Below are positions 18,658 to 29,666 of a stretch of DNA of 64,000 bases, piece after piece. The DNA lies in the NCBI GenBank assembly GCA_963785165.1, contig CAWAUI010000004.1, positions 3,712,074 through 3,776,073 of the forward strand. Reading direction: 5' to 3'. The notes beneath the pieces are model-generated. The model saw only the letters and a program-made list of their open reading frames with translations, was not told the origin of the DNA and searched no databases. Positions within the stretch are counted from its first letter, which is position 1, and every line of letters begins with the position of its first letter. Origin of the DNA: Thermoanaerobaculaceae bacterium (GTDB taxonomy: Bacteria > Acidobacteriota > Thermoanaerobaculia > Multivoradales > UBA5704). Both the position numbers and the translations under genes were made by a program.

Positions 18658-20851
18658 TCAGGGCACGTCGTAGGTGTCGATCTTCTTGCCCTGGAGATAT
18701 TTGTCGAACCAGGCCGTGATGTGGCGCAGCCGCTCGACGCGGTGCCAGGGCTGGCCCGAGCGCGAGAGGTCGTGGCTCTCGCCGGGGAAGCGCACCATGA
18801 CGACCGGCTTCTTCAGGTACTTCAAGGCACGGAACATCATCTCGCCGCCCGCGGCGGGGGGCGTGCGGTAGTCCTCCTCGCCCTCGATCAGCATGAGCGG
18901 CGTGGTGATCTTGGCCGCGTAGGTGATGGGCGAGCGCCGGGCGTAGTCCTCGGGGTCTTCCCACGGGGCGCCCTTGAACCAGGTCGGCTGGAAGAGCGTG
19001 AAGTCCGCCGTGTACCAGAAGGCCGACCAGTCGGCGATCGAGCGCTGGGCGGCGGCGGCCTTGAAGCGGCCGGTCTGGGTGACGATCCAGTTGGTGAGGA
19101 TGCCGCCGCCGCTGCCGCCGGTCACCCCCAGGCGCTCGGCATCGATCGAGCCGCGCTTCACCATCTCGTCCACGCCCGCCAGCAGGTCCTTGGCGTCGTC
19201 GCCCGGGAACTCGTACTGAATGACGTTGCCGAAGTCCTGCCCGTAGGTCGAGCTTCCCCGCGGGTTCGGGTAGAGCACCACGTACCCCTGGGCGGCCATC
19301 CACTGCATCTCGTGGAAGAAGGCGTAGCCGTAGGCCGAGTGGGGGCCACCGTGGATGTTCAGGATGAGCGGGTACTTCTTTTTTTCCTTGGAATTGAACT
19401 CCGTGGGGCGCTGGACGAAGGCGTGGATCTCCTTGCCGTCGAAGCTCTTGTAGGTGATCTCCTCGGGTGCCGTGAGATCGAGACCGGAGAACAGCTCCTG
19501 GTTGGGCTCGGGCGATCGCCGTCATCTTCCCCGTCGCGCCCGTCGCACCTGGAGCGATATCGAGGGCGAAGAGGTCGCTGATCACCAGCGGGTTCGAGAT
19601 CACCACGGCCATGCGCGAGGCGTCCGGCGTCGCGGTGTAGGAGACGACCTCCTGGTCGCCCTTGGTGACGGGCGAGACGGCACCCGTCTCGGCGTCGAAG
19701 CGCTGGAGGTTGACCCGGCCGCGCTCGCCCACCGCCACGTAGATGGAACGGCCGTCCCGGCTCCAGACCATCGGCTGCGGGCGTCCGCCCCGGGGCGCGT
19801 GCTGGTCGCTGGCCAAGCCCTCGGCGATGTCCCAGTCGTAAGACTCCGTCAGGTTGCGCGCCTGGGATCCGGGCTTCAGGTCCGCCACGAACAGGTCGCC
19901 CTGGTTGTGCGAGCGGGCGGGCTTGGGGTTCACGTTACCCTGGAAGGCCACGCGCCGGCCGTCCGGAGACACCGAGAAGTCGCCGATCGGGCCGTCGATG
20001 CTGACGACCTTGCGGATCTCGCCACCCTTCACGGGCACGGCGTACACGTCGCCGTCCGGGTTCTCGTAGTAAGGCTCCTTGACGCGGTTGGCGGCGAAGT
20101 AGATCTGCTGGCCGTCCGGCGACCAGACCGGCTCGCCCGTGCCCAGGTCGCCCGAGGTGAGCCGCTTGGGCTCCGGGGCCTTGGCGCCGAAGGCGGGAAC
20201 CTCGACGGTCCAGATCTGCTCCGGATGGGTCGAGTCCAGGTAGCCGCCGCCATTGAAGCGGTAGACCGCCCGGGTGATGACGCGGACGTCGCTCTCGCGG
20301 TCGTCCTCCTTGTCTTTGTCCTTCTTGTCCTTCTCGTCCTTGGCCTTCTTCTTCTCCAGCTCCTCATCGTTCGTGCCGCTCGCGAAGGCGATGGTCTTGC
20401 CGTCCGGAGACCAGGCCGGAGAGCCTGCCCCACCCGGAAGGTCGGTCAGCGCCACGGCCTCGCCGCCCTGGGTCGAGATGAGCGAGAGCTGCGGGGCCTT
20501 CTTCCCTTCCCCTTTCGGAGCCGCCCGGACGAAGACGACCCGCGTGCCGTCCGGCGACCAGCGCGGCGAGTTGTCCCCGGGGCCGCTGGTGAACGGGCGC
20601 GGCGCGTCTTTGCCGTCCGTGGGCGCGATCCAGAGGGCGGTCTCGTAGCCATCCTTCTTCTCGTTGACGTTCACGCGGACGTAGACGGCCTGCTTGCCGT
20701 CCGGCGAGATCCGCGGGTCCGCGATCCAGACGAACTGGAAGAGATCCGTCTCGGTGATGGGCCGCTTCGCGGCGAAGGAGACTCCGGGAAGGCTCAGGAG
20801 AACGAGGGAGAAGAGGGCCGCCAGGACGGCTCGGCGAGGGGCGAAATTCAT
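18658..20851 (-). pseudogene. S9 prolyl-oligopeptidase/acylaminoacyl-peptidase with N-terminal beta-propeller, one frameshift in this sequence
   Basis: GGAGGTG upstream of ATG 20851, signal peptide present. Propeller repeats (SPDGKQAVY, SPDGTRVVF, SPDGKTIAF...). Catalytic domain in ORF 18658..19308 (GGSGGG nucleophile elbow). Extra C near 19507-19514 (gcc-c-gagccc). Confidence 0.85.
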
Positions 20852-20917
20852 CAGGGACACCTCCAGAATCAAGACATCCCTCTCCGTACGGAAAGGGAGA
20901 TGAAGAGTTGCGCGGGC

Positions 20918-21145
20918 TCAGCCCCTTCGGCCACTTGCCTGAGGCATGGCCTCGATGAACGCGCGAAGGGCCTTGTTCACCGACTCAGGCGTCGTGAACA
21001 CCTTCGCGACATCCTCGTCCAGCACCACCGCGACTCTTCTCTTCTGTCCGGAGGCCGCAAATCGGTTGGGTTTGGCCTTGCTGTAGTCGAAATCGTACTC
21101 AGGGAGCATCTCATCCGAGCTTTCAGCGGCTGCTGTTCTTTTCAT
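20918..21145 (-). CDS. brnA: BrnA-like (RHH) antitoxin
   Basis: 75 aa. EYDFDYSKAKPNRFA...RVAVVLDEDVAKVF pattern typical of BrnA-type antitoxins. Overlaps the upstream toxin-like ORF by 23 nt. Confidence 0.55.
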   Translation of the reverse strand: MKRTAAAESSDEMLPEYDFDYSKAKPNRFAASGQKRRVAVVLDEDVAKVFTTPESVNKALRAFIEAMPQASGRRG

Positions 21146-21344
21146 ATCCCAGTCTTTCCTTTTTTGTAGCCGAGCGTGCGCTGATGATTCTCACTCGGGC
21201 GGAGCGCTCGACGAAACAGGCAAGCACAAGCCGACCCTGGTCAGAGTAGCCGATGATGACCTCTCGCGGCTCTTCTTCAGAGTGAAGCTCGTCGTCAAAG
21301 ATCGCGGCCAAAGGATCGTCGAAGACGGTCAAAGCTGACGCCAT
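21123..21344 (-). CDS. brnT: BrnT-like (DUF497) toxin, apparently N-terminally truncated
   Basis: 73 aa from ATG 21344. VFDDPLAAIFDDELHSEEEPREVIIGY...VRIISARSATKKERLGY matches the C-terminal two-thirds of DUF497. The usual N-terminal WD..K...N..KHG segment is absent, and only 38 nt separate it from the next gene. Confidence 0.5.
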   Translation of the reverse strand: MASALTVFDDPLAAIFDDELHSEEEPREVIIGYSDQGRLVLACFVERSARVRIISARSATKKERLGYEKNSSR

Positions 21345-21382
21345 GCGAGACGCCTGGACGAAAAAACTAGAAGCCAACGGAT

Positions 21383-22333
21383 CTACGTCTTGAGCCCGAT
21401 CTCCCGCAACCGCTCCTCCAGGAAACGGCCGGCCGTGATGGGCGGAAACTTCGGGGGACGATCGGCCGATACGAAGTGCTCGTGGACGGTCAGGTCGCAC
21501 GACGGGTAGGGATGGACGAAGAACGGCATCGAGAAGCGGTCGCGCCCGGCGTCTTCCAGGGGGTTGACCACCCGGTGGGTGGTGGCGGGAATGACCTCGT
21601 TGGTGTACCGCGAGAGCATGTCTCCGGCGTCCACCACGATCTGCCCGGGGCCGCTCTCGACCGGCATCCACTCGCCGGCGCGGGTGAGGATCTCCAGCCC
21701 CGAATCCGTGGCCTCGCAGAGCAGGGTGATGAGGTTGATGTCCTCGTGGGCCGCGGCGCGCACGGCCGGGGCGTGGTCCGGTTGCACCGGTGGGTAGTGG
21801 ATGATGCGCAGGATGCTGTTGCCCACGTCCATCATCGAGGAGAACGTGTCGCGCGGGAGGTCGAAGGATTCCGCCAGGGCCCGCAGCAGGGTCTCGGCCA
21901 CCCGCTCCAGGCTCTTGTAGAGCCGCAGCGTCGGCTCCGCGATTCCGGAGATTTCCTGGGGCCAGACGTTCGCCGGATACTCCTGGCGCAGCGGATGCCC
22001 CGCCGGCGGCTCCTGCCCCACGTGCCAGAACTCCTTCAAGTCCGGCAGGGGATGGTTCTTGGCATGCTCGACCCCGAACGGCGTATATCCCCGGGAGCCG
22101 TCCCCCACGCCCGCGTACGTCTCCTTGATCTTTTCCGGCAAGGCGAAGAACCGCTTCCAGAGATCGTAGGTGCCGCGGATCAGGGACGAATCGATCCCGT
22201 GCCCCTCGACGTTCAGGAAGCCAGTCTCCTGGAGACCCTGCCCCAGAGTGTCGATGAGGCGCTTGCGGGACCCGGCGGTGCCGGAGGTGTAGTCGTTCAG
22301 GTCAACGGTCTGGATGGTTTTGGCGAGGTTCAT
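21383..22333 (-). CDS. 2-oxoglutarate/Fe(II)-dependent oxygenase (isopenicillin-N-synthase family)
   Basis: 316-aa ORF. HEDINLITLL (H-x-D) and ATTHRV motifs. Confidence 0.85.
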   Translation of the reverse strand: MNLAKTIQTVDLNDYTSGTAGSRKRLIDTLGQGLQETGFLNVEGHGIDSSLIRGTYDLWKRFFALPEKIKETYAGVGDGSRGYTPFGVEHAKNHPLPDLKEFWHVGQEPPAGHPLRQEYPANVWPQEISGIAEPTLRLYKSLERVAETLLRALAESFDLPRDTFSSMMDVGNSILRIIHYPPVQPDHAPAVRAAAHEDINLITLLCEATDSGLEILTRAGEWMPVESGPGQIVVDAGDMLSRYTNEVIPATTHRVVNPLEDAGRDRFSMPFFVHPYPSCDLTVHEHFVSADRPPKFPPITAGRFLEERLREIGLKT

Positions 22334-22342
22334 CGGGGGCGG

Positions 22343-22348
22343 AGTTTA
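22343..22348 (-). promoter_or_regulatory. -10 hexamer TAAACT, 9 nt before ATG 22333 (leaderless-type)
   Basis: Minus strand gcTAAACTccgcccccgATG; no SD. Confidence 0.45.
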
Positions 22349-22351
22349 GCA

Positions 22352-22385
22352 GTCCGTGCCCGTCCGTGCCTGTCCATGTCCGTCC
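22352..22385. repeat. phased GTCC(G/A)T array in a divergent control region
   Basis: gtccgtgcccgtccgtgcctgtccatgtccgtcc; diverged relative of the GTCCTT arrays at 13.7 and 31.6 kb. Confidence 0.55.
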
Positions 22386-22408
22386 AGGAGAGGCGGCCCC
22401 CATCCCCC

Positions 22409-22429
22409 TGGCACACCCCGTGCTATCGT
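22409..22429 (+). promoter_or_regulatory. promoter candidate for the dynamin-like gene (sigma54-like TGGCAC-N5-GTGC overlapping an extended -10-like TGCTATCGT)
   Basis: TGGCAC 22409-22414 and GTGC 22420-22423 with correct spacing. TGCTATCGT 22421-22429 is identical to the motif at 31654-31662. GGAGG lies before ATG 22452. Confidence 0.4.
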
Positions 22430-22451
22430 CCCCCTCGGAGGCGAAAACCCC

Positions 22452-24199
22452 ATGCTGCGGCGCATTCTCAACCCGAATCAGGACGAGCTGCTGGCGGAAA
22501 ACCGCCGCCTGCTCGCGGACCTCCAGCAGGCGCTCGCCCGGTTCGACGCCTCGGCGGAGGACCAGGCGACCGTCAAGCGCTCGGCGTCGCCAGCTCGACG
22601 AGCTGTTCCTCCTCGTGGTGGCCGGCGAGTTCAACGCCGGCAAGAGCGCCTTCATCAACGCCCTCCTCGGCGAGCAAGATCCTGGAAGAGGGGGTCACCC
22701 CCACCACCACCCACGTCCACCTCATCCAGCACGGCGCCGCGGTCACCGCGACGCCGCTCGAGACGGCGCTCGACGTCCTCACCGCGCCGGTCGAGCTGCT
22801 CCAGGACATCAACATCGTCGACACGCCCGGCACCAACGCCATCCACCGCGAGCACGAGGCGATCACCCGCGAGTTCGTGCCGCGGTCGGACATGGTGCTC
22901 TTCGTCACCTCGGCCGACCGCCCGTTCACCGAGAGCGAGCGCGCCTTCCTCCAGGGCATCCGCGACTGGGGCAAGAAGATCGTCGATCGTGCTCAACAAG
23001 ATCGACATCCTCGAGACCCCGGAGGACGTCGAGCGCGTGCTCGCCTTCATCGCGGAGAACGCCAAGGCCCTGCTCGGCTTCACGCCCGAGATCTTCCCGG
23101 TGGCGGCCCGGCTCGCCCTGCGCGGCAAGACGGCCGGCGACGCGGCGCTCCTCGCCCAGAGCCGCTTCGAGGCGCTGGAGCGCTACATCGTCCGAGACGC
23201 TCGACGAGAAGGAGCGGGTCCGCCTCAAGCTCCTCAATCCCCTGGGCGTCGGCCGAGCACCTGGCGGGCAAATACCTGGACGTCGCCGAGCGGCCGCCTC
23301 GAGCCTGCTCAAGGAAGACTTCGCCGACCCTCGAGGACATCGAGCGCCAGCTCGCCCTCTACAAGGAGGACATGCAGCGCGAGTTCCGCTTCCGCCTGGC
23401 CGGACGTGGACAACGTCCTGCGCGAGTTCGAGAACCGCGGCATGAGCTTCTTCGACGACACCATGCGCCTCGCCCGCGTCATGGACCTGCTCAACAAGTC
23501 GAAGATGAAGGCGGACTTCGAGCGCAAGGTGGTGGCCGACCTCGCCGCAGCTCATCGAGCGGCGGGTGAGCGAGGTCATCGACTGGCTGGTCAACTCCGA
23601 CCTGCGCCAGTGGCAGGCGGTCATGGAGCACCTGGCGCTGCGCCGCCAGAAGCACGCGGACCGCATCGTCGGCCAGGTGGGCGGCAGCTTCGACATCGAC
23701 CGCACGCGCCTGCTCGACAGCGTCGGCCGCGAGGCCCAGCGCTCGGTCGAGACGTACGACCGCGAGGCCGAGGCGAACCGGCTGGCCGACTCGGTGCAGA
23801 TGGCCGTGGCCGGCACGGCGCTCGCCGAGGTCGGAGCGCCATCGGCCTCGGCGCCGTCCTCACCCACCTCGCGGTCACGGCGGCGGCGGACTTCACCGGC
23901 ATCCTCGCCGCCGGCACGGTCGCCGTCCTCGGCTTCTTCATCATCCCCAACCGCCGGCAGCGACGGCCAAGAAGGAGCTGCGCGAGAAGATCGAAGCCAT
24001 GCGCGATCAGCTCATGACCTCCCTCACCAGCCAGTTCGACCGCGAGATCGAAGGGAGCCTGCGGCGCATCGACGAGGCGATCGGCCCCTACACCCGCTTC
24101 GTCCGCGCCGAGCGCGACCTGCTCTCCAAGGCCGGCGAGGAGATCACCGCGGTCAATCAGGGGCTGGTGCAGCTGCGGGCTCGGGTGGAATCGCTGTAA
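22452..24199 (+). pseudogene. bacterial dynamin-like GTPase, about 11 frameshifts in this sequence
   Basis: Conserved segments hop between all three frames. They include GEFNAGKSAFINALLGE (P-loop), ILEEGVTPTTTHV, DTPGTNAI, IVLNKIDIL and two TM helices (AIGLGAVLTHL..., GTVAVLGFFIIP). Ends ...LRARVESL at 24199. Confidence 0.8.
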
Positions 24200-24202
24200 G
24201 CT
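24197..24202 (+). promoter_or_regulatory. -10 hexamer TAAGCT, 10 nt before ATG 24213 (leaderless-type)
   Basis: cTGTAAGCTcccccaccgcATG; no SD. Confidence 0.4.
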
Positions 24203-24212
24203 CCCCCACCGC

Positions 24213-25823
24213 ATGAGCACCGCTCCGATTCCCGCCACGAAAAAGCCCGGTACCCTCCGCAGCCTTCGGGACGCCTTCACCTCCTGGCGCACGGCCTCCG
24301 TGACGCTGATGTCCTTCGCCTCCGGCATGCCGCTCGGGCTGGTGTGGATCGCCATGCCCGACTGGATGCGCAAAGCCGGGATGGACATCCGCGTCGTCGG
24401 CCTGATCACCCTGGCCCAGGCGCCGTGGACGTTCAAGTTCCTCTGGTCGCCGCTCATGGACCGCTTCGTGCCGCCCGCTCGGCCGGCGCCGGGGGTGGAC
24501 GGCCATCGCCCAGGTCGGGCTCTTCGTTCGCGACTCTCGTCTCTGGCCGGGGCTCGGCGACCATCCGGACACCCCCTGGGTGATCGGCGCCCTGCGCTCT
24601 GGCCATCGCCTTCGCCGGCGCCACCCAGGACATCGCCGTCGACGCCTACGCGGTCGACGTCCTGCGGCCGGACGAGCAGGCGGTCGCGGTGGGCGCCCGC
24701 AACGCCCTCTACCGCACCGGCATGCAGCTCGCGGGGAGCTTCTCCATCACCATGGCGGGCTGGTGGGGCTGGCCGGCGGTCAACGTCCTCCTGGCCTGCC
24801 TCTACCTGCCGATGCTGCTGGTCACCCTCAAGGCTCCGGAGCCCGCCGGCGTGGCCGTGGCCGCCCCGCACGACCTCAAGGAAGCGGTCTGGTATCCGTT
24901 CCTCGGCTTCCTCTCCCGGCACCGGGCGCTGGAGATCCTCGCCTTCGTCCTTCTCTACAAGCTGGCGGACAACCTCGTGCCAGGCGCTCCAGCGGCCGTT
25001 CCTGGTCGACAAGGGGTACAGCGATTTCGACCGCGGCGTTCGTGCTGTTCTGGATCGGCCTCGTCGGCAACATCGTGGGCACCCTGATCGGCGGGCTGAT
25101 GACCAAGCCCCTCGGCCTCGGCCGCTCGCTCTGGATCTTCGGCTTCTTCCAGATCTTCTCGAACGTCGGGTACGCCCTGGTGGCCCATGAGCCGGGGATC
25201 AACCGGCCGCTGATGTGGGGCGCCTTCGGCTTCGAGTCCTTCGCCAGCGGCCTGGGAAGCGGCGCCTTCCTGGTGCTGCTGATGCGGATGACGCAGAAGC
25301 GCTTCTCGGCCACCCAGTACGCCCTCTTCTCCAGCCTCTTCGGCCTGCCGCGCATCATCTCCGGCCCGCTCGTGCGGCTTCGCGGTCTATGCCATCGGCT
25401 GGGAGACCGTTCTTCTGGGTCACCCTGGCCTTCGGCATCCCCGGCATGGTGATGCTCGCCCGCTTCGTCCCCTGGGGCGCCCGCGAGCCCGAGTTCCGGG
25501 TGGAGCCGCCCACGATCGGCACGCCTTTGACCGGCACCGAGCTTGCCACGCGCGGTTTGGCCGGCGGCGTCATCGGCACGGGCTTCGGCGCTCTCGTCGT
25601 GGCGCTCATGGATGCCCTCCGGGGAGCCAAGGAGAATCCGGGCACCTTCGACCTCGTGACGCCGTTCACCTCCCTGTTCCGGCCCACGGATACTCCGGGC
25701 TGGCTGGGACTGGTGGGGCTGGTCGTCTTCGGCGCCACCTGCGGCCTGCTGACCGCCGCCATCGTGGCGGCGCGGCATGGGGCCGGCCAGGGGATCGCGG
25801 AGGATCTGGCTCCGGAGGTGTGA
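24213..25823 (+). pseudogene. ampG: AmpG-family MFS muropeptide permease, at least 6 frameshifts in this sequence
   Basis: SGMPLGLVWIAMPDWMRKAGMD, FLWSPLMDRFVPP, AFAGATQDIAVDAY, LYKLADNL and LFSSLFGLPRIISGP lie in successive different frames. One example is an extra C at about 24476 (ccgccCgctcggc). Confidence 0.8.
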
Positions 25824-25824
25824 C

Positions 25825-25910
25825 CTCACCCTCCGGCTCCCTCTCCTGAAAAAAAGGAGAGGGAGAGGAAGGCAAGCCCCCTCTCCTCGAGGGCGAGGGG
25901 GCGGGGTGAG
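25825..25910. terminator. nested-hairpin bidirectional terminator candidate between convergent genes
   Basis: ctccctctcc (25838-25847) / ggagagggag (25857-25866) with an A-rich loop. gccccctc (25876-25883) / gagggggc (25895-25902). Outer ctcaccc (25825-25831) / gggtgag (25904-25910). Confidence 0.5.
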
Positions 25911-25913
25911 TCC

Positions 25914-28900
25914 TCAGAAGAGCGGCAGCTCGAAGGTTCTCACCAGGAACGTGGCGATCTGGGCACGGCTGACCGCGTCTCCCGGACAGTAGTTTCCGCC
26001 GCCGCAGCCCGAGGTGAGGCCGCGCAGGGCCAGCTCCCGAATCCACGGACAGAAGAAGCTTCCCACCGGCACGTCGGGGAACGGTGACTCCGTGCAGCCG
26101 GGGAGCGAATACGTGGGGCCTTCCAGGGTCTTCAGGAGGAAGAAGGCCATCTGCTCGCGCGTCACCGGTGACGACGGGCAGAAGTTTCCATTGCCGCAGC
26201 CGCTGGTGATGCCGCGGCTGGCGATCTCCCGAATCCAGGGGCAGAAGGGATCACCGGCCGGCACGTCGTTGAACGGCGCCACCGGGCAGGGCGGCGGAAC
26301 ATAGGCGCTCCCCTCCTTCGCCCGTAGGAGGAAGACGGACATCTGGCCCCGGCTCACCGGGTTTTCAGGGCAGAACAGCCGGGGGATCAGGCCGCACCCC
26401 TGGGTGACGCCGTTGCGGTAGAGAGCCTCGATCCACTTCTTGGCCCAGTAGCCTCTCGGTACGTCTTGGAAAACGGTGCCGAGGAAGTCGAGGGACTCGC
26501 TCATCACCGCGGTCCGGGCCTCGGGCGTGGACAGGCCCTCGAACTGGAAGCTGAGGAAGAGGGTGCGGTAACCAGGCCCCACCCTGCTGACCCCCGCGTT
26601 TCCGGTGCCATAGTCTTCATCGTCGAAACGGAAGGCCGCCTCCGCGCCCGGGGCTGGCAAGAGAACACCACGGCCCGCATTGAAGAGCTGGTAGGGACCC
26701 AGGCTCCCGAAGACCGGTCCCAGGCCCGTGACGCTGTAGTAGTAGGCGTAGTCGTTGGAGTATCCCACCCCCAGGTACTTCTGGAGGAAAGGAACGGGGC
26801 TGTAATAGGAATACTCCGTGGCGCTCAGGAACAGGCTCCCGCCGCCGTCGAGATACGTGGCGAGAACCTCCTCCTGGGCGGAGCTCAGGATGCCGTAGGT
26901 TCCCGGGAACCACACCACTCGGGGATAGGCCGCCAGCGCGGAGGCGTCGGGTTGGCCGGCGGTCGCCACGTCCCACACGTCATAGATCCTGCCGGCGGCC
27001 TGGACCGCCTGGAGATAGGCGGAGACATCGAAATCCCCGAAGCTCGCGTCGACCAGGAGGACTCCCGGCAGGCCCTGCTCGTACGCCACGGACACGGTGA
27101 GCGCGGTCGCCGGCATCCTCAACGAATTCACCAGGGTCCGCCGGCCGTCCGCGTTCGTGTGGCTCCAACCGGTCACCCGCCAGTTGCGCGCCGGGGAAGC
27201 CGTCAGCTCGACCGGCTCGGCGTAGTGGTACGTGCCTGCCGGGCAGCCCGGCGAGCCGGCGGGCGCGGCCACGGGATCGGCTCCGGAACCCGTGTGGGTC
27301 CGCGTGAGCGGGTAGCACAGGGCTTGGTAGGAAGCCGCGGCGGTCCGCGGACCCGCGGTCATGGTCACCGAATTCGCCAGGGCGGTGGAGCCGTCGTTGT
27401 CCGTGCCGCTCCAGGCGACGAAACCCGCTCCCGTGGCCGGATGCGCCACCAGCGGTACGATCTGGCCGGCGTGGTATTGGCCGGCGGGACATCCCGGCGA
27501 GCTTCCCAGGCCCGGCACCGGGTTGCCGCCGGGGCCGGCGTGGGTGCGGGTCAGCGGATAACAGGGCTGCTTGTCGACCACGATCAGGACGGCACCCGGA
27601 TAGGGGCTCTCGTCCGCGTCGTTGGAGACCACCAGCAGCCGGTTCATGCTGGACCCGGCGGGAGCGCCGCCGAAGTCCACCGTGACCCGGATCGTCTTCG
27701 CGCCGCCGGGAGGAACGTCGAAAGGAGCCTCCGGAGACCAGCGGACCCAGGGTACGGACGTCTGAAGCTGCATGGACAGGACGGACAGCACCGAGCTTCC
27801 CGTCGTTGTGAATGGTGAACGACTCGGCCTCCAGCGGCTCGCCGACGGCACGGCCCAGGTTGATCCGGCGCAGGTCGTGGCCGTATCTCCTCACCGGGAC
27901 CGCGGTACTACGCAGGAGCTCCAGCAGACCCGAGACCGATGCCGTGGGGTTCGCCTGCTTGAGCACGGCCCAGGCGCCCGCCACGTGCGGAGCCGCCATG
28001 GAGGTGCCGGCACGCGTTTCCGTCCCGCCGCCCGGTATCGAGGATTCGATGGAAACGCCCGGCGCCATCAGGTTCAGGTAGGACGAGACGTTGGAAAAGT
28101 AAGCCACTTCGTCCGCGTCGTCCGTCGCGCCCACGCTGACCGCGGACGAGATGCAGGCGGGAGCGGAGATGTAACCGTCATATCCCCCATTCCCCGCGGG
28201 GGCGATGGTGGGGATGTCGATGGAGCGCAGGTTGTCGATGGCCGCCTTGCGGGACGCGTTGTCCGCGTCGCAGCTCGCCGGGCTGAAATAGAGGTTCCCC
28301 TCCAGGCTCAGGTTGACCGCGGCGACGTCGAGCTCCCCGGCCAGCTCATACACCCTTTCGAGGCCCTTGATCTGATCGCTGACCCAGGATTCCAGGCAAA
28401 ATCCGGCGCTGCCGCAATAGGAGGAATAGACCTGGATCGAGAGGAGGTCCGCCCCTCGCGCCACCCCGAAGCCGGGTCCCGCACCGTCGTCGCCTGCCGC
28501 GATACCGGCCACGTGGGTGCCGTGGCGGCAGTCGTTCAAGCCGTTACTGCACGGAGCCCCCGATCCCGGAGCCGTGGACTCCTCCACCCCGCCCGGGCAG
28601 ACGCTCGTCGTGTCGTTGGTCACGTTGGACGAGTAGCAGGCTTCCGAGACCACCTTGTTCTGGGCTCCGGAAGAGAAAAACGGGTGGGTCTTGTCGACGC
28701 CGGAGTCGAGCACGGCGATCACCTTGCCGTCCCCCGTCCACCCGCTCGTCCACGCCACGCCGGCGCCGATCACCGCCGTGCTGCTGGCAAGCGCCGGCTT
28801 TTCGCGGACGTCCTCTTCCAGCCCGAGGACCTCCGGCAGCGCGGCCAGCCGTTCGAGCGCGGCGGCGTCCACCTCCAGCGCCAGGAAAGGAATGTAGGCA

Positions 28901-29310
28901 TACCGGGCGTGCAGCGTGGCCCGGTCCTTCTCCAGCTTCTTGAGGACGGCACCCTGGACCTCGTGGATGGCCAGGCGCTGCCCCTGCACCGCCTGGAAAT
29001 CGCGGTAGCTTCCCTCCGGCCTGAAGGGCCCGGCCAGCCGGACCAGCACCCGCACCGTCCGCCGTTCCAGGGTCTTTTCCCGCAGGGAGCGCAGAACCTC
29101 CGGCCGGACGCCCGGGGCGGGCAGGCCCTGCTGGAAGCCCCCTTCGGAGGATGAAACGGGGCTTTCCGCCGGGCGGGCCGAAAGCGCGGCGGCACCAAAA
29201 TTGAGGGTCGTGGGCTCGATCCGGATTTCCGCGGCGGCGTGGGCGGTTCCCGTCAAGCCCAGGGACGCGGCGAAGCCCAGGGCCCAGAAGAGGCTCGGAC
29301 GACTTGTCAT
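25914..29310 (-). pseudogene. secreted S8 subtilisin-like protease with repeated Cys-bracketed modules and three C-terminal SLH-like domains, one frameshift in this sequence
   Basis: GAGGAG upstream of ATG 29310, signal peptide present. Catalytic motifs VLDSGVDKTHPFF, HGTHVAG, GTSMAAPHVAG. Two CYPLTRTH...W(S/T)G modules. Three SLH-like repeats (FQDVPRGYWAKKWIEAL, FNDVPAGDPFCPWIREI, FPDVPVGSFFCPWIREL). Frame break near 27790. Confidence 0.85.
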
Positions 29311-29474
29311 ATGGATCTCCTCTTGAAGTAAGTTGTCGTTCGGTCTTTCCTTACGTACTTCCGAATGACTCCCGAGAAGAAACCGTTTCATGCAGATCTC
29401 GTAATATGGAGAGAGACCGGCCAGCAACGGCCGGTCCGGGTCGGGCCGCTGTCAGCGGCCGGGAGGAAACGACA

Positions 29475-29666
29475 ATGCCGCTCTACCGCTCTCGCAGGCA
29501 CAAGGTCATCGCCGGGGTTTGCGGCGGCATCGCCGATTGGTTGGGTTGGGACCCTACGGTGGTGCGCATCGCCTACGTCATCCTATCGATCGCTTCCGTG
29601 GGCTTCCCCGGGACGATCGCCTACTTCGTCCTCTGGGTCGTGATGCCCAAGGAGACTGGGGTCTAG
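29475..29666 (+). CDS. PspC-domain small membrane protein
   Basis: 63 aa with GGGAGGA upstream of ATG. RSRRHKVIAGVCGGIADWLGWDPTVVRIAYVIL is the classical PspC domain. Confidence 0.75.
   Translation: MPLYRSRRHKVIAGVCGGIADWLGWDPTVVRIAYVILSIASVGFPGTIAYFVLWVVMPKETGV

Noticed and set aside
22452-25823. Programmed ribosomal frameshifting as an explanation for the frame changes.
   Set aside because: There are far too many sites, in both directions, with no slippery heptamers or downstream structures. Indel error or decay is the simpler explanation.
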